NCBI RefSeq assembly: GCF_036321535.1
Contig: NC_087436.1
Span: 86,678,001-86,742,000, forward strand
Direction of reading: 5' to 3'
DNA from: Camelus dromedarius
Taxonomy: Eukaryota
DNA: 64,000 bases
Each line of letters opens with the position of its first letter. The first letter of the stretch is position 1. The notes below the pieces were generated by a model. It was not told the DNA's origin, did no database searches, and saw only the letters and a list, made by a program, of their open reading frames with translations. Shown piece after piece: positions 54,401 to 64,000 of the stretch. The position numbers and the translations under genes were made by a program.

Positions 54401-57400
54401 CTTCAAGAAATGGCAGCTTCTAGGGGAGGGGCAGCAAAAAGTACAAGATAAGACTAAAATATCTAGTAATGCCAGAAAATAAAGAAATCCTCAAAAAAAA
54501 AAAAAATGATGGGGACATGTCAAAAGATCACAGGAGCCAGTCAGAAGATGTTTCCAAAGACCAACTCTGGACAATTTGAGCACCAATATGAATTATAACC
54601 ACATATATACCACATATACAAATAAGACATATTTATAAGCCATGTATACTCTCTTTCACACAAAAAATAAAAATTAATGAGTCTAATAAGAAGTAAGTGA
54701 GAGAGGTGAAAAAGCCCATTTTTAAAAGAGAATGCCAACTAATAAACATAAGAGGAATAAGAGTTAGACAATGACTATTTTGTAGTCATTATAGTAATAA
54801 CTCATTAAAGCAAAAGACATCAATGGACATAAAAGTTCTTGGAAAGTTCAAACAAACAGGATATTTATGCAGTCTCCTCACAGATTACTTATTTATACAG
54901 TAACTTTGCAGAAGCCTGAAGAACACCACCACAACAAAGTTAAAGTTAACACCACTAATAATGGAACAAACTGACATCATGTACCTACAGGCTGTTTCAC
55001 TGAGAAGAACACAGTATTACTTATACAGTATTCCTGCCCCAAAGCAAAACCTGACTCTAATAGTTCAGAAACACCAGGCAAACCCAGATTGAGGGATGAT
55101 TTACAAAATGAACAGATTATACTCTTCAAAATTCAATGTCAACAAATCCAAAGAATGTTTGAGAAGCTGTCCCAATCAAAGAAGTACAAGGAAATAAAAG
55201 TTAATTGTAATGAATAATCCTAGACAGAATCCAAAATAAAAGGAAAGAAAAGAACTGTCATAAAAGATATTACTGAAGTAATCTGCAAAATTTATGGTGT
55301 GTATATTAAAGTACTGATTCATTAGATGTTGTGACTTTGATTTTTGTTTCCAATGGAACAGAATATCCTTTTCTTAGGAAATATATGACATAGTATTTAG
55401 GGGTAAGAAGGTACAATGTCTACAATTAGCATTCAAATGGTTCAGGGAAAGAAATATTTTTGAGAACTTTTATAAAGTAAATATGGCAAAAAGTTAATAA
55501 CTGGTGAAATCTGGGTGAACAGTATTTAGACTTCTTTTATACTTTTCTTGCAATTTTTTATAAGTTTCAATTTTTCTCAAAATACAACATTAAAAGATGA
55601 ACACAATAAATGAAGGGGGCACAACCGGGGCTTCTGGGAGTAAGGTAATATTCTGCTTATTGATTGATACGAAAACCTTCAAAGATTAAGCAAAACATTG
55701 TTATATTAGATATTAACATTTTTACTTAGGTATACCAATTTGCTGGGTAGTACAGAAAGTTAGAAACCTAGCATTCCTACTGATAGAATACAAAGAACTA
55801 CCAAAAAAAAAAAAAAAGTTCTGTGCAAACAGCCTACAGCCTTATATGTATTAGTAAGGAAATCTAAGATTTAAACAATCGAAATACAGTGATTAGGTCA
55901 GTAGTATACCTCATTATCGCTAAATACTTGCTGTGCAGTCAGCTTTATGCCTTAAAGGACATTACTATCTTCTCCCTAAAGTCAATAAAATTTTACTTTG
56001 AAAGATACTGCTCTAATTTCCTTAAGTATAAAGAATAAAACAAAAATACTTTATAAACAGTAAAACACAAATATTTATTAGGGAATACTTCACAATGACC
56101 AAAAAACATCCTTTTGATCAAATGAAGATGAATCCAGAAGACAAACTTTTCTAATGAGCAATGAGTACTGTTCTCTATACCCAAAAGTGGCAGTACTAAT
56201 ATGCTGGGTCTGCTTCTAGAAGCTGTGGTGGTAATTATCCATTCTTTTTACTAGTAGTGATGAATCTGCTAATTTTTCTATCATTTATCTTCTTTTTACT
56301 GTCCTTATCCACCAGTGTCCTCCCATCACTCTTTACCCATCTGGCCTTCAGCTCTCCTTAGATCCATGATTCATCATTATAATCACTCCCTCAAGTACAC
56401 TCTCAACTTCCTTGCCCCTCTAACCCTTTGTCATATCGGCCTGGTGTAACTTCAGTCTGTTAAATCCAGCTCTAGCTTCTCTTCATGAACACATGAGTAC
56501 TTGACAAGGGCAAGAGACACACACCTAAACACGCTAACTTGTCTCATTTTCAACCTATGGCCATTAATGTCAGGAAAAGCTGGAAATGTAGTCTCTTTGT
56601 GTCAATTTTTCACTCTGCTCACTCTACTCCCATCAGCATATAAAAATCAGCATATATAAAAGCTCTCTCTTGACCCCAGATTTCCCTCCAGGTAACTGCC
56701 TAGCCATCCTGCTCCTTTTCCCCAGTTTATCCACACACCTCTAAATAACTATTTCAGACCGTCTCCTCTCCTCTCAAACATTCAGAACCCCCTTCCACTA
56801 TTCTCCCTTTCACCAGACAGGCCTGCATCCTACGCTACTGGGAAAAATTGAAGCAATCAGAAAGAGACCTTTCAGTTGTTCCCATCACCATTATGTACCC
56901 ATCCTCCTTCACATTATCCTGCTGTCCCCCCTGTTACAAAGGGTGAATTGTCCATGCTCCTCCTTAGGGCTAAATCCTCTCCTTATACTTCCCACCCCCT
57001 CTGATCTTCTTAAGGACAATGCTCTTAACAATTGTCCCTTCTCACTTTTGCATCACCAATTTTCCCCCTTAGTAACTTATTCTCATAAGGATACAAAAAT
57101 GCTACATATATATTTTTTTCATTTTGGAAAAAACTCTCTTCCTGACCTCATATTTTCCACCAGATACTGTCCCATTTCTCTGCTCCCTCAAAAGAAAAAA
57201 GAAAAAACAAAAAACCTCCCTTTGTTCATTCAAATTCCTCATTCTAATTGTCTCATTTTAATTCTTCTCCTTTCCTCCTATTCTCTCTTGAATCCACTCC
57301 AAAAAAATCTGTTTTAAATCTTCACCCTATACCACTGAAAATGATCCTGGTCAGAATCATGAATGACCCTTATGCATTTTAAAATCCAAAATTCATTCTC

Positions 57401-59664
57401 AGTCCTCTTCTTCTTGGCCAATCAATACTACTAAATGGTTAAATATATCTCCTACTTTGAAACATATCCTTTTCAAGATATATACAGAGTTTTCTTCCTA
57501 CTTCACTAGTCATTCTTCACTAGTATCCATCCTCTTATCAGTTCATTCTTATTTTTCTGACCTGCAAGTAAATGTCCCAAGGCTCTGTCCTCTTACCATT
57601 TCTCTAATAATACTTACTGCTTTTACAGTCTCAGTTTCATAGATTCACGTAAATACTATTTAAAACACTGAACACTCCCAAATTTGTACCTCCAGCCCAT
57701 ACCTTTCCCCTCTACTCCAGATTCATGTATCTACTTCCCACGCAAATTTTCCACTTGTATGTCTAACAGGCATCTCAATTTTATTATGTCCTAAACTGAA
57801 CCCTTGGTCTTCTTCCTCCAAAAAACCATTCCTTCTGTAGTCTTTTCCACCTCAGATATAAAAGATCTTTTACTACTTCTGGAACGTATCCAGTATCTGA
57901 CTGCATCTTACCATCTGCACCACTGCCACCTTGGTCTAAGTTAACCATCTCTCGTCTAGATAATTGTTAGTCTCCTAACTGGTCTCCCAAGTACTGCCCT
58001 TAATCCTTCTGTAGTCTGAGCTTAATAAAGCAGTTAAGAACTGCTGACTTTAAAAACCTAAGTTAGATTATTTCATTCCCCTGCTCCAAATCTGATGGTG
58101 ACTCCCCACATATTTCACTTATATAAAAAGCCAAAACCCTTATAATGGCACAATGCCCTACATAATCTGACCCAAATTTTCAAAAAAGGGGGGATGGGAA
58201 TGGCTAGGCAAAATATAGAAAAACCGCTACTGACTTTTAAAAGTTCAATTAGTTTAATTATAGTAACCCATATAGAATATTTATTATGTATGTACCACTG
58301 TTCTACACACCTTACATAAATTAATCCACTTATATACATAACTACCTTGTGAGGGTATTTATTATGTAGTATTATTATTACATAGATTAAGAAATGAAAG
58401 AATAAAATTAGAGGATGTGCCCAAGGACACACAGCCAGTAAGTAACAGAGCCAGAATCTGAACCCCAGAAGTCTAGATCTAGAATCCAAGCTCTTAACAC
58501 CACTTTACAGTATAAAACACCATACTCAATGAATGAAAGTTGATCTCTTTTAAAATACAAAAAAAAAAATAAAAGAGTATTACATATTAAAAGAATCAGG
58601 ATTCCTCAGCTATCATTAACTTTTTAGTCAAACGTTTTATAAGGTTGCATTTAGTTTAAAAAACCTAATTTGCAATGTCCATGACTACTAATTGTTAAGA
58701 GACAGTCAAAATCTGAGATGGCTTTGTGACATTTAATTTTGGCTGAAAGTTTCAAGTATATTGATCTTAAGACTAAACTACATGTTCTCTTTCTGAATTC
58801 ATACAGTATACAGTTATCACAATATCAAAATCAGGAAACTATATAAAATAAATTAAAGCAAGTAACACAAAAAGTAAATGATCTGGCTGAGAACTAGTAA
58901 CAGCTGCGTTATTGATGTTTTAGGCCCAGATAAACAACTGTTTTAAGTTATTCTTATCTAACCCCAGATTAAACTGCTGACATCAAACTTCGCCAGTCTT
59001 AGCTTACACTTTACCATTTTCCTGGTAACAGGCTAATCATTTGCCATGCTTAAGTTAAAAGGACATTTGCCACCATATTTGCCCCTTACAATTGGTACCT
59101 TGTGGAACTCAAAAGTTAGATATTATCACAACAAACCAAAGAAAAGAAAATGGTTTCAATTTGAAAGATTCTTTCAGCTGAAATTTCTACAATCTCTCTT
59201 ACTAAAATCAGTAAACATCTTTGGGCCAGTAGACCTAGACTTGGCAAGTTCAATAATTCTTTATGTAAGAACAACAAGCACAGAAAACAGCAAGACCATT
59301 GTTGTTACCACCATTCCCGAATGTGAGATTTTTGTCTCTTTATACATACATGTAACTATATACCACGTTTCATTTCTTGCTTACCTAGGTTTTTTAGATG
59401 AATTTTCACAAAGAATTCATTTTGTACCACAATCAAGTAGAATGTTCCAGTTTTTCTGTGTATCATTCAAAGCTTTTATACTTCATACAGCACTAATACA
59501 AGATAAAGATATCAATGCTTTCAAGAAAAACGGAATCATCAATGTCTCACTAACCTGCTTGGTGGGAGTCCAGTCTTGAACAAGGAAGGAGGAGAAGTAA
59601 ACTCAGCTTTTGTAGATGGAAGTGCTGTTTCCTTCTCCGAATTTCCAGTTCTTCCCTGCTGTAC
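12332..59664 (-). CDS. FIP1L1: FIP1L1 (pre-mRNA 3'-end-processing factor Fip1, CPSF subunit), 3' part: complement join of 59555..59664, 52923..53030, 44011..44104, 42152..42308, 31535..31561, 29445..29499, 28005..28060, 19881..20094, 13222..13359, 12332..12479
   Basis: Spliced translation [19 protein letters not shown]...Pro-rich region...RE/RD repeat...[29 protein letters not shown] matches the FIP1L1 C-terminal half as recalled; all junctions are GT-AG and phase-consistent. Confidence 0.97.
12713..12758 (-). pseudogene. 5'-half elongator tRNA-Met-derived retropseudogene (tailless type)
   Basis: Minus strand reads GCCCTCTCGGTGCAGTGGGCAGCACGTCAGCCTCGTGATCTAAAGG, about 38/46 identical to the recalled 5' part of mammalian tRNA-Met(CAT); no T-arm or 3' acceptor strand; imperfect flanking direct repeat. 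Confidence 0.7.
13222..13359 (-). CDS. FIP1L1: FIP1L1 coding exon (Arg/Glu-rich)
   Basis: 138 bp; (S)[45 protein letters not shown]; acceptor ctttcAG, donor AG|GTTTGC. Confidence 0.96.
13741..13810 (-). mobile_element. Very short L1 3' terminal fragment
   Basis: Minus strand gactgggacattgtgctgtacaccagaaattgacacattataactgagtgtacAATAAA plus A-rich tail resembles the L1 ends near 21735-21800. Confidence 0.65.
18410..18871 (+). mobile_element. MaLR MLT1(B/C-like) solo LTR
   Basis: tgtatccccctaaaaggatatgttcaagtcctaaccc...tgtgaatgtaaccttacttggaaacagggtcttt...gtttgtggtatttttgtttcagcagtcctagaaaacaattaca. Confidence 0.85.
19881..20094 (-). CDS. FIP1L1: FIP1L1 coding exon with RE/RD dipeptide-repeat domain
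   Basis: 214 bp; [71 protein letters not shown]; acceptor ctgtAG, donor AG|GTTTGT. Confidence 0.97.
21358..21805 (+). mobile_element. Young 5'-truncated L1 (ORF2 C-terminus, 3' UTR, A tail)
   Basis: Encodes [37 protein letters not shown] (L1 ORF2 end); AATAAA and A tail; near-TSD aaattaaaagtta / aaattaaagtta. Confidence 0.9.
22719..23951 (+). pseudogene. CDK1: Processed CDK1 (CDC2) pseudogene with 5' UTR, intronless disabled CDS (22836-23706), 3' UTR and decayed poly(A)
   Basis: MEDYTKIEK...GVPSTAIWE..., DFG, through ...NEIKM*; no introns; premature stops TAG 23064-23066 and TGA 23638-23640 plus frameshifts; AATAAA at 23925-23930; TSD ACCTAAGAGTAA at 22707-22718 and 23956-23967. Confidence 0.97.
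24495..24715 (+). mobile_element. MIR SINE inserted in the old L1
   Basis: ctctggagccaggctgc...ttcaaatcctgactctgccact...tgtgacattggggaagtaatttaa...taaaatgaggataa MIR core. Confidence 0.8.
28005..28060 (-). CDS. FIP1L1: FIP1L1 coding exon
   Basis: 56 bp; (S)[18 protein letters not shown]; acceptor ttaacAG, donor G|GTAAGT. Confidence 0.95.
29445..29499 (-). CDS. FIP1L1: FIP1L1 coding exon (Pro-rich)
   Basis: 55 bp; [18 protein letters not shown]; acceptor tttcAG, donor AG|GTAAAT. Confidence 0.95.
31535..31561 (-). CDS. FIP1L1: FIP1L1 27-bp in-frame cassette microexon (GIPITVPPP)
   Basis: ttttTAG|GTATTCCAATAACTGTACCACCTCCAG|GTAAAA; symmetric phase 1; Pro-rich like the flanking exons. Confidence 0.85.
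34029..34204. mobile_element. MER5A-like hAT MITE
   Basis: tagtggttttgaaact...tgattcagtaggtctgg...actttgagaatcactg with inverted termini. Confidence 0.8.
34645..35103 (+). mobile_element. MaLR MLT1(E/F-like) solo LTR
   Basis: tgatccccgcctcgtggtattcatg...tgacttacttctaataaacaaaatacagcaaaaatgatgggatggcacttcc...aataaatgtatgttgttttaagc...taactgataca. Confidence 0.75.
36400..36960. mobile_element. hAT-Charlie-type DNA transposon relic
   Basis: Termini cagcagttctcaaag ... aagtttgatagttgctg are inverted repeats; related to the element at 7153-7626. Confidence 0.7.
36629..36708. repeat. 38-bp tandem duplication (2 copies)
   Basis: gccacaaagtaaagagagctgcgaaagtgtacaacaag / gccacacagtaaagagagctgtgaaagtgtacaacaag, 2 mismatches. 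Confidence 0.95.
37615..37885 (+). mobile_element. L1MB-like 3'-end fragment
   Basis: gccagacacagaaggacaaatatcatatgattccatttatatg...taatgccactgaattgtacact...aaatggttaaaatg. Confidence 0.8.
38230..38460 (+). mobile_element. MIR SINE
   Basis: ttacttaagtctcttaagccagtttcctcatatgtaaaatcagaataata...taaatattagctatt. Confidence 0.7.
39787..39915 (+). mobile_element. tRNA-derived SINE (camelid Vic-1-like)
   Basis: ggggaagggtttagctcagtggtagag (A box) ... gggttcagttccc (B box) followed by an AT-rich tail with cctaattacctc. Confidence 0.8.
39918..40144 (+). mobile_element. L1 3' UTR fragment with A tail, abutting the SINE
   Basis: Directly alignable to 21561-21805 (gacagactgggatttcaaaat, gcacagggaaatatataca, ataactgaaaaattgtgctct, caacattgtaaaatgact). 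Confidence 0.9.
42152..42308 (-). CDS. FIP1L1: FIP1L1 coding exon (Pro-rich)
   Basis: 157 bp; [52 protein letters not shown]; acceptor ttttAG, donor AG|GTAAAT. Confidence 0.96.
44011..44104 (-). CDS. FIP1L1: FIP1L1 coding exon
   Basis: 94 bp; [31 protein letters not shown]; acceptor ttacAG, donor AG|GTTTAG. Confidence 0.96.
48546..48716. mobile_element. MER5A-like hAT MITE
   Basis: cagtggttctcaaactgcctgcacatcagaatcatctggggagctttt start. Confidence 0.75.
51892..51961. repeat. (AAAAT)14 pentanucleotide microsatellite
   Basis: Perfect array of 14 units read directly. Confidence 0.97.
52923..53030 (-). CDS. FIP1L1: FIP1L1 108-bp in-frame, probably alternatively spliced exon
   Basis: [35 protein letters not shown](R); symmetric phase 2; acceptor caccAG, donor AG|GTAAGG. 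Confidence 0.93.
53650..55600 (+). mobile_element. Old L1M (L1MC/MD/ME-like) 3' region
   Basis: caaagttaaagttaacaccactaataatggaacaaactgacatcatgtacc...aactggtgaaatctgggtgaa...ttcttgcaattttt; boundaries approximate. Confidence 0.6.
56330..58175 (+). mobile_element. LINE-2 fragment
   Basis: CT-rich with L2 motifs (ccaaatttgtacctccagccc, atgtctaacaggcatctcaa, ctcctaactggtctccc); boundaries approximate. Confidence 0.75.
58250..58510 (-). mobile_element. MIR SINE
   Basis: tgcccaaggacacacagccagtaagtaacagagccagaatctgaacccca...gctcttaacac. Confidence 0.8.
59555..59664 (-). CDS. FIP1L1: FIP1L1 coding exon (most 5' exon found in the window)
   Basis: 110 bp; [36 protein letters not shown](R); acceptor ttttaAG, donor AG|GTTAGT. 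Confidence 0.96.
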
Positions 59665-60419
59665 CTTAAAAAAAAGTGTTATTAGCTTGTTTAATTTAAT
59701 AGAACACTCAAACATAAATACAATAAAGATGTTAAAATAAATTTGTAACATCTGATTTGAAATGAAATATGAAGAATGTTTCGTTGCTGAGTATATAATA
59801 AAATTAAACCTATTTTAGAATAGCACTAGGTGAAAGGCACCAAAGATGGATTATGTGATCAAAATGTTCCCAATAAGCAAAAAGTTTTACATTAATGTCA
59901 CCTAAAAGTCCAATAAACTACAACTCTTAAGGATTTTCATAAATTCTCTCAGATCACCATTAAGTAAGTCCAAGGTACTTGGCTAAGACTCCATGTTTCA
60001 CAGTTAAGAAAGGCCTTAAAGAATTTTCCCCTTCTATGTTCACTACCCTCATCTAAGAAAATGACCAGTGGCAATTTCAGTTATTCTGACCATTTTCTAT
60101 TCAGATTGATTTGCATATTAATAATCTGCTCCTGCACTTCCATACAGGTAAAACTGACAGAAAGTGGTAATGGAAAATAAACATGATTTATTCATCAAAC
60201 ATTTATTAAATATCTATTATGCACCAGAAACTGAGACCACAGAGAGAAATACAACAAAATCCCAGACTGTGACAGACACACAAACCACCAGAGCAATACA
60301 ATAAATACTATGAAAAAAAAAAACCTCTGGGATAAAAGATGCTATTAGAACACAGAAGAAGAAATGCACTGCTCTTCCTGGGGATGTCAAGAACACTCAA
60401 GAGTTGACACTAAGGTCTC

Positions 60420-61375
60420 AACTGTTCCCCTGAGCTCCAGTAATTTACATTCAACTTCTCACATGTCTAATAAGCATCTCAAACTTACCATAGCCAAAAC
60501 AAAGCTACTGATTTCCCAACTATTCCCCAATCTGATCCTCTCCAAATTCTTCCTCATGTTAAGTAAACGGCACCATCATCTACGGAGTTGCTCAAGAAAA
60601 AAACAAAAATACCTAGCAATTATCCAATACATATGAATATCCAATGTCAACTTCACCTTGACAATATATACCAAATTCAATCACTCATCATTATGTCTAC
60701 TCCTAAAACCCAGGTCAAATCTACCACCGTATCTCAGCTGTTCTGCTAAATTGACTTGTTTCTCTGCTTTGATCTTAACTCTCTAAAATCCATCCTGTGT
60801 ACAATTTTATTAAAAATGTAAATCAACTCATGTCTCTCCCTGCTCAAAATTCTCCTATAGCTTTCCAGAATTTCCAATATTCCAAAAGAATAAAACCTAA
60901 ACTTATCATAGCCTGAAAGGATTTACACGGCATGGGTCCTTCCTACCTCCCCAACTTTGTTTTCCTCTATTCCTCCCTGACTTATCTTGAACATGCCTTG
61001 TCACAATGGCCTTTTTTCTTGTTCTTTTTAATACATAAGTTTCTCCTTTATGAGGGCTTCTGTACTAGATGTTCCCTCTGCTTTATAAGATCTCTCATGG
61101 CTTCCCCCTTCTAATCATTCAAGTATTGTGCAAATGTCTCCTTGACGTGGCCATTCCCAATCTCTATCATATTATCATTTTGTATTTTCTTCACAGAATT
61201 TCTCACGAGTATCAATCACTATCTGAAGTTATTTGTTTAATGTTTATTGTCTGCGTGCTGCTACTACAACACAGAATCTCTGAAGACACAGACGGCATCC
61301 AGTTCAAACCTGTATCCTAAGTGACTAAAAACATTGTGTGGCATGCAATAAGTGCTCGAATAGATCTGCTATTTG
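60420..61375 (+). mobile_element. LINE-2 3' fragment
   Basis: atgtctaataagcatctcaaacttaccatagccaaaac...gtgtggcatgcaataagtgctcgaata, an L2 3' end. Confidence 0.75.
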
Positions 61376-64000
61376 ACTGGCTTTGGGACTCAGCTTAAAT
61401 GTCACTTCTTTAAAGACTTTCATAGGACATGGAGTTTATAACTATACAATTTTTGGCATGATTATCTAATCACTACTTAACTTTCACATTAAGTCATATA
61501 AACTCTAAGACCACTGAGTCTATGTCTTTAATGCTTACCTCCCCTCTCCATCCAAACCTAAGACATTTCCTGACATAGTCAATGCTCAATTAAAAACTGC
61601 GAAGGAGGGAGAAAGGTTGGAAAGAAATGGAAGGGACTAAGAAGTGAGGGAAAGAGCATAAATTAAAGAGTATTTACAATAGGTGAAAAAGTGAGAAAAG
61701 GTATCAGGAAGACATGGTATATTTTTAAACATGTAAAAATGGCTTATGTTTCTAACTTATTTTCTTTTCTTATTAATTTCTTCAAAATATACTTATTATA
61801 TTAAACACTTCTGAAAATCTTCACCATTTTAGCAACCCTTCTAATCAACTTGCATTTTTATTATCACCTTGTTTGTCTTCTGATATTATACTCAGCATTA
61901 TAGACTCAAAATCTGTTTAACCAGAACATAATAGCATATTCATGTCAGAGCTTACATATCCAAAGAAAAATTAACTGAAGTTTGTAACCTTTAGAAACTA
62001 AATAGTTACACAAATTATGCCAAAATTTAAATTATTTTGTAAACTTCCTTTCAATTGCCCTTCATTGCATTATTTACAAAAGTTTAACATTACAAAACAT
62101 CTAAAAAGAAATTGTGAAACACCCAAATAATGGATTATGAACTATTTATAAAGTGTTACTTATCAAAAAACCTTAGTAACCTAGGAGAACATTTACCACA
62201 TGTCAAGATGAAAAAAGTAAAAGCAGAATATCACATAAATCATTCATTACAATTTTGTTTCAATCTACAAGGACAAAAAGATTGGGAAAGCAACAAAGTA
62301 CAGAACTTTAAAAGCAGATTAAAAAAAAAATAGTAACTGACTTAGCCAAAAAGAATCTGAAACCTAAGTCACAAATGAGAAAGCAAAGATGTATTGATTT
62401 TCACAAGATCTCCAAAGATTCAGGAATTGACAACACTAGCTGCCAGAACATTTCAGCCAGCCAATATAAATATAAGCCCTCTAGGCAGGATACTAGACTG
62501 TCTTCTCTGAAAACTCAAGATTATCACAAAAGGAAGAAACAAAAAGCAAAACAATGTAAAGATAATGACATCAGGGACTGTGAAAAATGCTTTGCCCTAC
62601 AGTAAAGCTTACAATCAGCAAGTTCTACCCACAAGCACAGAGCTTCCAACCATCTTTTCAGTGGCCCATACTCTCATGAGTTAATAATGGCCAAGGATCA
62701 ACAAATATTTGAGAACAGTCAAAGTCAGAAGCCAAAAATAACAAACTTAAAAAATCAACTTGGAGAAAATAGACAATGCACAAAAAGAAAACCTAACACA
62801 AACAAACACCCTACCATTAAGATCTTTTGAGAGACAAGAGGGAGAAGATAACATCGCATCATTGCATGCATAAATAAGAATAGGATGCTACAGTTAAAAA
62901 GTGAAGAGAAGCATTATAATGCTGAAGAAGCAGCCCAGATAATGGAAAGCAAAGAGATACAGGATGAGAGAATATCTAAGAAAATTAAAGGACCAGGAGA
63001 AGGAGGTCCAATTTTTGAATAAGAGGTCCAAAAAGACAGAAAAAAGCAGAGAAAAAAGTTTAAAAGTGATAGAAGAAATTATCTCCAAAATGAAGGCTAT
63101 GTACTTTTAGATTAAGAAGGTACAAATGAATGCTTGCTACAACAGATGATAACACATCAAGACATAGGCTTACGAAATTCACAACACTGGTGACAAAGCT
63201 CACACATCCAAAGGAAAAAAATCATCTATGCCTGTGTGCACACATAGACATAACATTTTAAGAGAAGGTTGTGGTCAATTTTTCTTATATACACATCACC
63301 CATCCTCACTAGTCACTCTTCTTTTGCCCTCACCCCAAATCATGTTAAAATGTCGATAAATCACTGAGGCACTATAATAAACACATAGGGGTTCATTTGT
63401 ACTATTCTATCTACTTGCTAGTATGTTTGAAAATGTACTTACTAAAAAGTAAAAATAGTTAAAGATGCTGATGGGTAGCTTATCTCTCACTTGACTAAGG
63501 ATGAAAAAATATCTTTACAGTAGATATGAAAATAACTTACAATTATTAAGTCTGTTCTTTTGTCCATTCACCAATATAAGTCTGGGTTCTTATTCATTCC
63601 ACACCTACAGTACTCCAGCAGCTCCCTATCTGGTCTCTGATTCCCTGTTTTCCCCTTACATTCTATAGTTTATCCTGGTGCTAGTTCTTTTTCTAAAAAC
63701 TGGATTTGCTCATGCTATTCTCCTACCAAGAACTTTCAAATGGCTTTCTATTGCCTACTGCCTACATGCCTGCAGGCTAGTTTAAGATTAAGGTCTTTCT
63801 CACCATGGCCCCATTTCTACCATTTCCAGGCTTTTCTCCTCCATTTCTCATCCACCCCAACTCTTCTTTCATGCTATCTGTTCTTGTTCGCATTGCTCTC
63901 TCTGCCTACAATGTTCTATACTTCTCTTTCCTGCTAATGAAAACTCATACATATTTCACTTATCACATCCTAGTCAAACCCTTCTGGACTCTGCAATGTA

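Noticed and set aside
59046..59579. 177-aa + strand ORF antisense to FIP1L1
   Set aside because: Long for AT-rich DNA, but no recognisable protein features or expression signals; treated as chance
1..64000. A novel multi-gene or defence-type system
   Set aside because: All coding signal I can find is explained by LNX1, FIP1L1, a CDK1 retrocopy and transposon relics

Overview
Eukaryotic (mammalian) genomic DNA, not prokaryotic. It is most likely camelid, judged from a tRNA-derived SINE and L1 3' UTRs resembling camelid families (inference). The window holds the 3' ends of two convergent, tail-to-tail genes. LNX1 lies on the + strand (last 4 coding exons, PDZ3-PDZ4, stop at 10876-10878). FIP1L1 lies on the - strand (last 10 coding exons including in-frame 27-bp and 108-bp cassette exons, stop at 12332-12334). 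All splice junctions are GT-AG and phase-consistent. FIP1L1 introns carry a near full-length processed CDK1 pseudogene with target-site duplication nested in an ancient L1, a 5'-half tRNA-Met retrocopy, a SINE/L1-tail composite, and many old MIR, L2, MaLR and hAT relics. Most ORF-track entries are spurious. I found no convincing previously undescribed biological system. The most interesting items are retrotransposition relics and candidate unproductive splicing or polyadenylation elements in FIP1L1. Comparisons with human proteins and repeat consensus sequences are from memory, not database searches, and repeat boundaries are approximate.
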